From an uncultured Chloroflexia bacterium (lineage in GTDB: Bacteria; Chloroflexota; Limnocylindria; Limnocylindrales; CSP1-4): a stretch of 64,000 nt of DNA. The notes below the pieces were generated by a model that worked only from the letters and a program-made list of their open reading frames with translations, did not search any database and was not told the DNA's origin. A program made the position numbers and the translations under genes. Location: NCBI GenBank assembly GCA_963808895.1, contig CAWEHL010000001.1, positions 515,560 through 579,559 on the forward strand. The letters are read 5' to 3'. Positions 35,637-46,852 of this stretch are shown piece after piece. How positions within the stretch are numbered: position 1 is the first letter of the stretch; every line of letters begins with the position of its first letter.

Positions 35637-36914
35637 ATGACCGCCGACCAGACAGACACTTCGCTTATCGCCAGCCTGCGCGGACTCGACCGCGATGGAC
35701 GGTGGCTGTTCGCGCTGCGGACGATCCGGATGTTCGGATACGGGTTCCTCGCGGTCGTGCTCGTGCTCTATCTCGCCGCGAGCGGCCTCGACCCCTTGGC
35801 GATCGGAGCCGTCCTGACGCTCACGCTCGTCGGTGACACGATCGTCTCGCTGTGGCTGACGACGCACGCCGATCGGCTCGGTCGGAAACGCGTGCTGATC
35901 GCCAGCAGCCTCCTCGTCGTGATCGCCGGGCTCGTCTTCTCGATCACCGACCTGCTGCCCATCTTGATCCTGGCCGGGATCGTCGGCGTCATCTCGCCCA
36001 CGGGGAACGAGGTGGGCCCGTTCCTTGCCATCGAGCAGGCATCGCTGACCCAGGTCGTGCCCGCGCGCCGACGGACCGCGACCTTCGCCTGGTACAACGT
36101 CGCGGGCTACATCGCGACGGCGACCGGAGCTCTGATGGCAGGACTCCTCAGCCAGGCCCTGATCTCGGCCGGGTGGCCGGACGTCGATGCCTACCGCGCC
36201 GTCGTCGTCGTGTACGCCGCGATCGGACTGGCGATGGCCGTGCTCGCCACTCGACTGACTCCGGGCATCGAGGTCCCGCCGTCCGAAGCGCCACCCGCCG
36301 ATGACGGCATCGCGCGCCGATTGGGACTCGGGCGCTCTCGCTCGGTCGTCCTCCGACTCTCCGCACTGTTCTCGCTCGACGCGTTCGCCGGCGGGTTCAT
36401 CCCGCAGAGCTTGATGGCGTACTGGTTCGCGCTGCACTTCGGCGTCAGCCCGGCGACCCTCGGCGCGATCTTCTTCGCCGCGAACCTCCTCGCGGCCGTG
36501 TCGTCGCTCTCCGCGGCGAGGATCGCTGCGCGTATCGGCCTGATCGAGACGATGGTCTTCACGCATTTGCCGTCGAACGTGCTGCTGATCCTCGTCCCGC
36601 TGATGCCCACACTGCCGCTCGCGGTCCTGATGCTGTTGCTGCGATTCAGCCTCAGCCAGATGGACGTGCCCACCCGGCAGTCCTACGTGATGGCAGTCGT
36701 CCAGCCCGACGAGCGGTCGGCGGCTGCCGGCGTGACCGGTATCGCCCGCACCATCGGGGCGGCGATCTCCCCGTCGTTCTCGAGCGTGCTCGTCGCCGGT
36801 GCCGCTACGGCCGCGATTCCGTTCTACCTCGCCGGTGGCTTGAAGATCCTCTACGACGTATTGATCTATCGCGACTTCCGGAAGGTGCGACCCGAGGAAG
36901 AGGTCGCCGCCTAG
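35637..36914 (+). CDS. MFS transporter
   Basis: 12 TM spans, LTTHADRLGRKRVL loop 2-3 motif. The track start 35595 (GTG) lies upstream of the -10-like box. Confidence 0.8.
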   Translation: MTADQTDTSLIASLRGLDRDGRWLFALRTIRMFGYGFLAVVLVLYLAASGLDPLAIGAVLTLTLVGDTIVSLWLTTHADRLGRKRVLIASSLLVVIAGLVFSITDLLPILILAGIVGVISPTGNEVGPFLAIEQASLTQVVPARRRTATFAWYNVAGYIATATGALMAGLLSQALISAGWPDVDAYRAVVVVYAAIGLAMAVLATRLTPGIEVPPSEAPPADDGIARRLGLGRSRSVVLRLSALFSLDAFAGGFIPQSLMAYWFALHFGVSPATLGAIFFAANLLAAVSSLSAARIAARIGLIETMVFTHLPSNVLLILVPLMPTLPLAVLMLLLRFSLSQMDVPTRQSYVMAVVQPDERSAAAGVTGIARTIGAAISPSFSSVLVAGAATAAIPFYLAGGLKILYDVLIYRDFRKVRPEEEVAA

Positions 36915-37573
36915 GCCTTTGCGCGGCCCGGTCGACCGGGCATCCCGAGCCGCCACCAGACGAACAGGACGACCGCGGCGACGACCGCGACCGCGATGGC
37001 CAGGTCGAAAGGCTGGAGCGCGTGGCGGATGTCCACCCAGTGGGCGCCGAGCTGGACGCCCGCGAACACCAGCAGGACCGACCAGACGAATGCGCCGAGC
37101 GTCGAATACACGACGAACGGGACGAGCGGCATCCGCGCGACGCCGGCTGGGAACGAGATGAATGTCCGGACGATCGGCAGCAGCCGGCCGATGAACACGG
37201 TGGCCGCTCCGTACTTCGCGAAGAACCGGTCGGCCGTCTCGATCTCGTGGGGCCTGATCAGCAGGTACCGACCGTATCGCTCGAGGAAGGGTCGGCCACC
37301 GTACGCACCGATCGCATACGCGATCAACGACCCGAGGGTGTTCCCGATGGTCGCCACGATCGCCACGATCCAGAACGACCAGGCGTTGCCGGTCAGTGGC
37401 TCGATCTGGCTCGTGTCGGACACCAGGAACCCGGCGTAGGGAAGGATCAGCTCCGATGGCAGCGGCACCATCGCCGACTCGATCGCCATGGCGAGCATCA
37501 CGCCCACATACCCGACAGCGCCGTACAGGCTGTTCAGGAACGGGATCACGATCTCGTCGATGAAGGCGAGCAC
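36911..37573 (-). CDS. DedA family membrane protein
   Basis: C-terminal 220 aa of track ORF 36911..38722. VPLPSELILPYAGFLV, GRPFLERYG, GRLLPIVRTFISFPAG. GTG at 37573. Confidence 0.8.
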   Translation of the reverse strand: MLAFIDEIVIPFLNSLYGAVGYVGVMLAMAIESAMVPLPSELILPYAGFLVSDTSQIEPLTGNAWSFWIVAIVATIGNTLGSLIAYAIGAYGGRPFLERYGRYLLIRPHEIETADRFFAKYGAATVFIGRLLPIVRTFISFPAGVARMPLVPFVVYSTLGAFVWSVLLVFAGVQLGAHWVDIRHALQPFDLAIAVAVVAAVVLFVWWRLGMPGRPGRAKA

Positions 37574-37606
37574 GCATACCTCGGGGTGACGAAAAAGGGG
37601 TCGGCG

Positions 37607-37636
37607 CGCCCGAGGATAGCCGACTATCCTCGGGCG
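37607..37636. promoter_or_regulatory. Perfect 13-bp inverted repeat CGCCCGAGGATAG-ccga-CTATCCTCGGGCG abutting the hutH start
   Basis: Occupies half of the 63-nt dedA/hutH divergent intergenic region and ends 1 nt before GTG 37637. Confidence 0.5.
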
Positions 37637-39286
37637 GTGAGTCCCCCACAGGTCCCAGGCGACGGGGCGGCCCGCGCGTCGGGCAGCGGTGACCCCCGCG
37701 TCGTCGTCCTGACGGGGGCGGATCTTTCCATCGATGACGTCGAAGCCGTCGCGCGACGCGGGGCGCTCGTGAGCCTCGACCACGACGCGCGTGGCCGTAT
37801 GCAGGAGGCGCGCGACGTCATCGAGGCCCTCGTCGATGGGGGCGAGGTCGTCTACGGGGTCACGACGGGGTTCGGTGATCTGGCGACGACCTTCATCGAG
37901 CCCGAGCAGGCCGGTCGACTCCAGCAGAACCTCCTCATGAGCCACGCGACCGGTGTGGGTGCGCCGTTCCCGCCCGAGATCGTCAGGGCGATGCTCCTCC
38001 TCCGCGCGAATACCCTCGCGCTGGGACACAGCGGTTGCAGGCCGATGCTGGTCGACCGGCTGCTCGAGTTCCTGAGCCGCGGCATCCACCCCGTCGTCCC
38101 GGAGCAGGGGAGCCTCGGGGCATCCGGTGACCTCGCTCCGCTCGCCCACCTGGCGTTGCCGTTGATCGGACGTGGCGAGGTCGAGCTCAGTGGGCGGATC
38201 ATGCCGGCCGCCGATGCCCTGTCGGAAGCTGGTCTCGAGCCGATGGAGCTCGAGGCGAAGGAAGGCCTCGCGCTCCTGAACGGGACCCAGATGATGGGCG
38301 CGCTCGCCGCACTCTTCCTGGGGGACGCGGATCGCCTGACGAAGACCGCGAGCGTCGCGGCGGCCATGTCGGTCGAGGCATTGCTCGGGACCGACGTCGC
38401 TTTCTCGGCCGCCTACCAGCTCGCGCGCCCGCATCCAGGCCAGGTCGCCGTGGCCGCCGAGATGCGCCACCTCCTCCGCGACAGCGGCCTCCAGCGCGCG
38501 CACCACAGATCGACCCACAAGGTGCAAGACCCGTACTCGCTCCGCTGCGTGCCGCAGGTCCATGGCGCGGTGCGGGACGCCCTCGACCAGCTCCGACGGG
38601 TGCTCGACATCGAGCTGAACTCGGCCACCGACAACCCGCTCGTCTTCCCCGGCGGCGGGGTGGCCGACGACGGGGCGATCGCCACGGGCGGAGGGCGGGT
38701 CATCAGCGGCGGCAACTTCCATGGGGAGCCACTCGCGCTGGCGCTCGATTACGCGAAGCTCGCCGTCGCCGAGCTCGGTTCCATCAGCGAACGTCGGATC
38801 GCGCTGCTCGTCGACCCGCGTCTCAACGGCGGGTTGTCACCGTTCCTCGCGGCGTCACCAGGCGTCGAGTCCGGGATGATGATCTACCAGTACACGGCGG
38901 CAGCCCTGGCCTCGGAGCACAAGGTGCTCGCCCATCCGGCATCCGTCGATTCGATCCCGACGTCCGCCAACCAGGAGGACCACGTGTCGATGGGCTCGAT
39001 CGCGGCTCGACACGCGCGGCTGGTCCTCGAAGGCGTGCAGCGGATCGTCTCCATCGAACTCATCGTTGCCGCACAGGCGCTCGATCTACGCCTGGCCTCG
39101 ATGGCCGAGGGTGGCGAGGCGCCCGGGCCGGGTGCCGGCGTGGCCGAGGCGCAGCGTCGGATCCGGAGCCACGTGGCCCACCTCGACCGAGACCGGGAGC
39201 CCGGCCCCGATCTTGCCGCCGCGTACGCGCTCGTCAGGGACGGCGCGCTCGTCGCGCTGGCCGAGGGCGCCGACCGCCCAGGCTGA
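37637..39286 (+). CDS. hutH: Histidine ammonia-lyase
   Basis: VYGVTTGFG, MIO triad in GSLGASGDLAPLAHL, NQEDHVSMG. The start is uncertain: the first in-frame GTG after the palindrome is used, and the track ORF 37022 is a long upstream extension. Confidence 0.9.
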   Translation: MSPPQVPGDGAARASGSGDPRVVVLTGADLSIDDVEAVARRGALVSLDHDARGRMQEARDVIEALVDGGEVVYGVTTGFGDLATTFIEPEQAGRLQQNLLMSHATGVGAPFPPEIVRAMLLLRANTLALGHSGCRPMLVDRLLEFLSRGIHPVVPEQGSLGASGDLAPLAHLALPLIGRGEVELSGRIMPAADALSEAGLEPMELEAKEGLALLNGTQMMGALAALFLGDADRLTKTASVAAAMSVEALLGTDVAFSAAYQLARPHPGQVAVAAEMRHLLRDSGLQRAHHRSTHKVQDPYSLRCVPQVHGAVRDALDQLRRVLDIELNSATDNPLVFPGGGVADDGAIATGGGRVISGGNFHGEPLALALDYAKLAVAELGSISERRIALLVDPRLNGGLSPFLAASPGVESGMMIYQYTAAALASEHKVLAHPASVDSIPTSANQEDHVSMGSIAARHARLVLEGVQRIVSIELIVAAQALDLRLASMAEGGEAPGPGAGVAEAQRRIRSHVAHLDRDREPGPDLAAAYALVRDGALVALAEGADRPG

Positions 39287-39301
39287 CCCTGCTGGATCGC
39301 G

Positions 39302-39781
39302 TCAGCGGTATTGGACGTCCCGACGCCAGGGCGGGGTCCGGTCGGACCCGGCCGTTCGCATCCCCATCCGGCTCAGCAGCGCGTTGATCTCGTCGCGATA
39401 GCGGGCGCCTTCGGGACGCTCCGCGAGCCACAGCAGATAGCCGGGATCGACCCGCGCGATCTCGCCGACCGACCAGCCCACATGGCGACCGAAGGGCAGG
39501 ACCGTGCCCGATGGATCGCCGGGCGGGTCGCCGGCGGCGCCGGTCCCATCGCGCGGTTTCGCGTCGCGCTGATCGCGCTCATAGGCGGCACGTCGTTCGG
39601 CGGTCTTGAGCGCATCGTATGCGGCGTTGATGCGGATCATCCGGCGACTCGCCGTTTCCCCAGCGACGTCGGGATGATGGCGCCGCGCCAGGCGGCGATG
39701 GGCACGCGCGACCGCCGCATCGTCGGCATCGCGCGAAAGACCCAGGACGACATAGGCGTCGCCCTCGACCTGTTCGAGCAT
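39302..39781 (-). CDS. J-domain protein with C-terminal PFGRHxGW...YLxWL module (DUF3820/ExoX-C-like)
   Basis: DAYVVLGLSRDADDAAVARAHRRLARRHHPD (HPD), then LPFGRHVGWSVGEIARVDPGYLLWLAE. Confidence 0.75.
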   Translation of the reverse strand: MLEQVEGDAYVVLGLSRDADDAAVARAHRRLARRHHPDVAGETASRRMIRINAAYDALKTAERRAAYERDQRDAKPRDGTGAAGDPPGDPSGTVLPFGRHVGWSVGEIARVDPGYLLWLAERPEGARYRDEINALLSRMGMRTAGSDRTPPWRRDVQYR

Positions 39782-39912
39782 GCTATGAGTCCCCGAGCCG
39801 GCAGCGCCCCGAGCACTGCGCCTGCCCGGACTCTAGCGTGGCGATCCGCCGCTTTGAAGAGGGTTCGGGGCCTCTGCGCAACGGGACTTTCGGAGCGCGC
39901 CGGGCCGCGGGG

Positions 39913-40395
39913 TCACGATCGGCCGAAGCGGCTCCAGGTCGCGTCAGCAGTGGCGTACGCCCGTCTCCGTGGGACGCCCATGCCGATCAGGATGTCGTCG
40001 ATCTCGTCCCGGTAGGTCTCGCCCTCGGCACGGTCCGCCAGCCACACGAGGTAACCCGGGTCGACACGCGCGATCTCGCCGAGCGACCAACCGATGTGCC
40101 GCCCGAAGTCGAGGACGCTGCCCGAGGGCCGGCCGGGTGGCGGACCGGCGCCGCCCGTCCCGTCACGCGGCGGCGGTGGCTTGCGCGCTGCGTCATATTC
40201 GGCCCGGGCAGGGGCGTTCCGGATCGCCTCGAACGCGGCATTGATGTGCATCATCCGGCGCGTCGCGGACTCGCCCGCGAGGTCCGGGTGATGGCGTCGC
40301 GCGAGCCGTCGGTGAGCGCGGGCGATCGACTCGTCATCCGAGTTCCGATCGACGCCGAGGATCGCGTAAGCGTCGCTGCTGCCGGTGTCGGGCAC
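39913..40395 (-). CDS. J-domain protein, tandem paralog of 39302..39781
   Basis: DAYAILGVDRNSDDESIARAHRRLARRHHPD, then LDFGRHIGWSLGEIARVDPGYLVWLAD. Confidence 0.75.
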   Translation of the reverse strand: MPDTGSSDAYAILGVDRNSDDESIARAHRRLARRHHPDLAGESATRRMMHINAAFEAIRNAPARAEYDAARKPPPPRDGTGGAGPPPGRPSGSVLDFGRHIGWSLGEIARVDPGYLVWLADRAEGETYRDEIDDILIGMGVPRRRAYATADATWSRFGRS

Positions 40396-40515
40396 GCCTA
40401 TGGGTCAGCTCCCCCTCCGCGATGGTGCGGCGCGGCTCGGACCGCACCGGCTTCCTGACCGCACTCTACCGGGCTCTCGCGCGGGTTGCAGGCCGTCCGG
40501 GCACCGTAGACTCGG

Positions 40516-41315
40516 GTGGTCATGGTCTTCGATCCAGAGCGCGTCACGATCGTCGACGTCACCGACGAAGTCGACGTTCGGTCTGATCCCGCCGTGCGCC
40601 GACCCCTCGTTCGACCATCGATCGTGCGACTACTGGGAGGACGCCGACCGGGGGTCGAAGGCGATCCGCCTCGACGTGGCTCGAGCCGCGACGGCCCGAT
40701 CCCGAAAAAGCCGTCCGACCGACCGACGCCCGCCAACCCGTTCCTCGCCGACCTCGAGGAGCGCAGCGCCAACCCGTTCGCTCGGCCGGGCACGGGCGCG
40801 GGAGCATTCAACCCGTTCCTCGATGACGACGACGCCGCCGACGACAACCCGTTCGCGCCCCGGCCGCCGGCCCGACCGACCGTCGGCGACACGGCCTATC
40901 CGAAGCTCCGGCTGCTCGGCCGCGGGCTGGCGGTCGCGGGGAGCTATGCCAAGGTCCTGCTCGTCGACGACGTGCCGGCCGCCTACTGCCAGTTCGGCCC
41001 GCTGACGGCGTACCCGCGGGCACAGCGGACGCGCGACCTGTATCCGGCGCTGCCCGATTCGCCGCTGCCGGCCGTCATCACCTGCATCGCGTCGACGGCC
41101 GACGCGCGCGATGCGCGGCCTGGCGCGGACGCTCGTCGAGGACGTCTGCGCCGACCTCGGACGGCGCGGGTTCGCGGCCGTCGAGACCTATCCGGAGATC
41201 GGCGCGAGGCCCGATGCCACCAGCGCCGCGACGCCCGGCGTTCTGGGAGTCGGTCGGGTTCGTCGTCGCCGCGCCGGACGAGCGGTTCCCGGTCATGCGC
41301 CGCGAGCTGGCGTGA
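40516..41315 (+). pseudogene. GNAT-type acetyltransferase with internal NPF-repeat acidic linker; about 5 frame disruptions (+1) as assembled
   Basis: Pieces in rotating frames: FDPERVTIVDV, PPCADPSFDHRSCDYWEDADRGSKA, WLEP, ANPFLADLEERSANPF..AFNPFLDDDDAADDNPF, YCQFGPLTAYPRA, GLARTLVEDVCADLGRRGFAAVETYPE, AFWESVGFVVAAPDERFPVMRREL. The span is 800 nt (2 mod 3). TAGACT at 40507. Confidence 0.65.
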
Positions 41316-41970
41316 GCCGGCGGATCCGCGGCGCGACGGTCGGCGGCGGTCGCACTGGTCGCCCTGGTCGTCGTCGCCGGTTGCATCCCGCCGCGGCCCT
41401 CGCCGAGCCCGCACGCCGCGACGCCCCCATCGACGGCGCCGCCACCGAGCCCGACGGCGAGCGCCGGCGCCGCGTCCTCCGGGACGGGTGCGCCGTCCGC
41501 CGGCGTCGTCGGTGGATCCGTCGCTGCTCGGCCGTCCTGCCCGACGCGGTCGGCGGCGTGCCGCTCCAACCTGACCAGGCGACGGCCGCTGAGATCGCGC
41601 GGCGAGCCGTCGATCGCACCGTTCGTGTCGGCTCGCTCGCGCTCGCGGCTGCCTTCGGACCGCCGGCAGTCGACACGCGGCCGGTGACTACGTCGTCGTC
41701 ACCGTCGCGCGGCTGAAGCCCGGCCTCTTCGGCGACCTCTTCTTCCGGGGTTGGCGCGACACCTTCGACGCGGCCGTCTGCGAGCAGGCCGGCGGCGTCG
41801 CAGGGCGCGCCGAGGCCACGATCGGCGGCCGGCAGACATTCATCGGGACGTGCGCCGGCGGGGTCCACACCTACCACGTCCACCTGCCCCGACCGGGACC
41901 TCATCGTCTCGATGCAGGGTGGCGGCGCGAGGCGGTTCGGAGAGCGCGTCGTCGAGGGTCTGAACGAGTA
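41312..41970 (+). pseudogene. Lipoprotein of unknown function; at least 4 frame disruptions as assembled
   Basis: LVALVVVAGC lipobox, then LPDAVGGVPLQPDQATAAEIA, GDYVVVTVARLKPGLFGDLFFRGWRDTFDAAVCEQAGG and RDLIVSMQGGGARRFGERVVEGLNE in successive frames. Confidence 0.5.
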
Positions 41971-41980
41971 GCCTTCCGGC

Positions 41981-43656
<1,676 letters not shown>

Positions 43657-43657
43657 C

Positions 43658-44665
43658 GTGCTGGTCGAATCGGTCCCGAACGTCTCCGAGGGCCGGCGGC
43701 TCGATGTCGTCGACCGGCTCGCGGACGCGATCACCGCGGTCCCGGGCGTGTTCCTGCTCGACCGGACCAGCGATGCGAGCCACAACCGGTCGGTGTTCAC
43801 GATGGCCGGCGAGCACGACGCCGTCAGCGACGCGCTCGAACGGCTCGTCGCCGCGGCGATCCACGAGATCGACATGGACGCGCATGAAGGGCGAGCACCC
43901 GCGCATCGGCGCGGTCGATGTCATCCCGTTCATCCCGCTCGGCTCCACCTCGATCGACGAGGTCATCGACCTCGCGCGCGCCTTCGGTGAGCGGCATGGC
44001 GACCCGCTTCGGCCTGCCGGTGTACCTCTACGCGCGAGCCGCCCTGCGGCCCGACCGCGAGCGCCTCGCCGACGTCCGCCGGGGGCAGTACGAGGGCCTC
44101 AAGGTCGAGATCGAGCAGAACGGCCGCGAGCCGGACTTCGGACCGCATCGGATGCATCCGTCCGCAGGCGCCGTAGCGGTCGGTGCTCGCCCGTTCCTGA
44201 TCGCCTACAACATCAACCTCGATGCCGATGACGTCGACCTCGCGAAGCGGATCGCCCGCCGCGTCCGCGAGTCGGGCGGCGGGCTGCCGAAGCTGCAGGC
44301 GAACGGGTTCGAGGTCCGTGAGCCCGAGCGTGGTCATCCGCTTGCGGGCACAGGTCTCGATGAACCTGCTCGACTTCGCGGTCACACCGCTCTGGCTGGT
44401 CTGGGACGCCGTGCGCGATCTCGCCGCCGAGGATGGCGTCCTTCTCGCCGAGTCCGAGCTGATCGGGCTGGCGCCGCAGGCATCCTTCGAGGCGATCGCC
44501 GACCACACGGGTGCGACCGGTGGGTCGCTCGACGCTCGGCTCGCGGCCGCAGCCGACTACATCCGCCTGCGCGACTACTCACCGATGCAGATCCTCGAAC
44601 GTCGGCTCGAGGCGGCCAGGCACAGCGCCGATCCGGCCTCCGCAGACGCGCGGCCCGAGACATGA
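43658..44665 (+). pseudogene. Glutamate formimidoyltransferase (FTCD N-terminal type); 3 frame disruptions (+1) as assembled
   Basis: VESVPNVSEGRR, HPRIGAVDVIPFIP, GLPVYLYA, RPFLIAYNINL and LLAESELIGL in successive frames. The span is 1008 nt. Confidence 0.8.
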
Positions 44666-46027
44666 CCGGCGGCCCGTTCCGCGTCATCGAAGGCGGGCGG
44701 ACCGGCGAACCCACGCCCGGGCTCCTCATCGTCGGCGCCAGCGAGATCGTCACGCTCGCCGGCGGCGTCCGGCGCGGGCCCCGCCAGGGCGGACCTGGCC
44801 CGGCTGGTCGCGGACGAACCAGGTAGCGCCTCGTCACCGGTCGTGGCGGTGTGGGAGGGAAGGATCGCGGGCGTCGGTGAGCGGGCCGCGGTCGAGGCCG
44901 AGCTCGAGGCCGACGGGCTCCCCCTGGCACGCTTCGCTAGGATCGATGCGGCCGGTGGCTCGGTCACGCCGGGTCTGATCGACCCGCACACCCACCTGCT
45001 GTTCGCAGGCTCGCGCGAGGACGAGCTCGTCCTCCGCCAGGAGGGCGCCTCGTACCTGGACATCCTTGCGGCCGGCGGCGGGATCCTCTCGACGGTCGCG
45101 GCGACCCGTGCGGCATCCGAGGCGGACCTGTTGACCCATGGCCGGCGCTGGCTCGACGAGATGCTGACCCACGGCGTCACGACGATCGAGGCGAAGTCCG
45201 GCTACGGGCTCGACCTCGAGACCGAGCTCCGGCTCGTCGAGGTCGCCTACCGGCTCGGCCGCGAAGGGCCGATCGACGTCGTGCCGACGTGGCTCGGCGC
45301 GCACGCGGTCCCGGCGGAGTTCCGGTCGCGACCGGACAGCGTCGAGGCGTACGTCCGCCACCTGCTCGATGAGCAGCTGCCCGGGATCGCCGCCCACGGC
45401 CGTGCCCGATTCGCCGACGTCTTCTGCGAGGAGGGCGTGTTCAGCGCCGACCAGTCGAGGCGGATCCTCGAGGCGGCCCGGTCGTATGGCCTGCTTCCCC
45501 GGCTCCACGCCGATGAGCTGGCCCCTTCCGGCGGAGCGGAGCTCGCCGCCGAGATCGGGGCATCGTCAGCCGACCACCTCGCCACGCCGTCGCTCGACGG
45601 GATCGCCGCGATGGGCGCCGCGGCCGACGCCGACGATCCGGTCGTCGCGACGCTCCTGCCCGTGACGACGTGGTTCCTCATGAAGGACCACCACGCCCCG
45701 GCGCGCGCGTTCATCCAGGCGGGCGTGCCGGTCGCGATCGGCACGGACTTCAATCCCGGGACGTCGCCGACACCGAACCTCACGCTGGCGATGTCGTTCG
45801 CGGTCATCAACCTGCGGATGACGCCGGACGAGGCCCTCGCCGCCGTGACGATCAACGCCGCTCGTGCGCTCGATCTCGAGGACGAGATCGGTTCGCTCGA
45901 GCCTGGCAAGGCCGCGGATCTCGTGATCTGGCGCGTCCCGACGACCGCGCGGATCCCGTATCACCCGGGTGCGGACCTCGTTCGCACCGTCATCAAGCGC
46001 GGGCGTGTGGTGCTGGATCGGCCCTGA
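44662..46027 (+). pseudogene. hutI: Imidazolonepropionase; one +1 frame disruption near 44800
   Basis: ATGA overlap with the upstream gene. LLIVGASEIVTLAGG then GLIDPHTHLLFAGSR, GVTTIEAKSGYGL, LHADEL, IGTDFNPGTSP. The span is 1366 nt (1 mod 3). Confidence 0.85.
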
Positions 46028-46057
46028 CGGGACTCGCGGACGAGCTCGGGCGGGCTG

Positions 46058-46738
46058 TTAGGCCTGCTTGCCGCGTGACTCCAGGAGGACCGTGATCGTC
46101 TCGGCAGGCAGGCTGGACGACGTCACCGAGAGCTTCGGCTGGGTCACCGGCTCAGCGCCCATCTCGTGGAAGAACTTCGCCAGCGCCTCGGCGCAGTCGC
46201 CGTCGTCGTCGCAGAGCGTCATCGGGACGACGATCTTCGGGTCCAGCTGGGCCATCAACGAGGCGGCTTTCGTCGGGCTGAGGGTGCCGCCGATCGGGAC
46301 ACAGGCGATGTCGATCTCTCCGATGTCGGCGAGCTTCTCCTCCGACAGCAGATGGCCGATCTCGCCGAGGTGGATCGTATGGACGCCGTCGACCTCGACG
46401 ACGAACGACACGCCCTTCCCGTGCTCGGCGCCTTTCGCGTCGTCGCGGTACGTGCGGACGCCCGTCACGAGCACCTCCTTCACCTCGTACTCGCCCGGTC
46501 CGTCGAGGACGAACGCTGCGTCGAGGCTGGAGGGGATCAGGGTCGTCCCGTCCCGGGACAGCTTCCCTTTCGGCTTGCCACGGGCGACCGGGGCGTCGTC
46601 CGGGTGGCTGAACGTGATGATGTCGCCGGTGATCCCGCGACCGGTGGGACCAACGACCGACTGATAGGGATCCGCCACGACCACGGCATCCTTGCCACGC
46701 AACCGGACGCAGGTCCGGCCGTACCACGTCATCTCCAT
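46058..46738 (-). CDS. MBL-fold protein (Lactamase_B_3/UPF0173-like) with degenerate HxHxDH motif
   Basis: MEMTWYGRTCVRLRGKD..., FSHPDD in place of HxHxDH, HLGEIGH, ACVPIGG. The start was chosen by family-typical N-terminus; the track start 46837 is upstream. Confidence 0.65.
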   Translation of the reverse strand: MEMTWYGRTCVRLRGKDAVVVADPYQSVVGPTGRGITGDIITFSHPDDAPVARGKPKGKLSRDGTTLIPSSLDAAFVLDGPGEYEVKEVLVTGVRTYRDDAKGAEHGKGVSFVVEVDGVHTIHLGEIGHLLSEEKLADIGEIDIACVPIGGTLSPTKAASLMAQLDPKIVVPMTLCDDDGDCAEALAKFFHEMGAEPVTQPKLSVTSSSLPAETITVLLESRGKQA

Positions 46739-46803
46739 CAGCGACGATTCTGACATAGCGCCCTGCACGGCCGCTTTGCGTCCGCTCGCGTTCTGACGCG
46801 CCA

Positions 46804-46852
46804 CGGAAAAACGGAAAGACCGGGAGCGCCTGCCCAATCGGCGCTCCCGGTC
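46804..46852 (-). terminator. Strong intrinsic-terminator-like hairpin in the leader of the MBL gene
   Basis: Minus strand has a 13-bp perfect stem GACCGGGAGCGCC/GGCGCUCCCGGUC with a 9-nt loop, followed by UUUCCGUUUUUCC. Confidence 0.55.

Noticed and set aside
35580-37649. Very long alternative-frame or antisense ORFs: 35580..37649 (-, 689 aa), 1629..2999 (-), 28507..29454 (-), 41293..42084 (-), and the N-terminal halves of 36911..38722, 48339..51395, 37022..39286 and 624..2207.
   Set aside because: They are Arg/Pro/Gly/Ala-rich low-complexity translations that overlap genes with clear family motifs on the other strand or frame. This is the usual shadow-ORF effect of ~70% GC DNA. Real starts were placed at internal GTG/ATG codons with SD sequences, -10 boxes or 4-nt overlaps.
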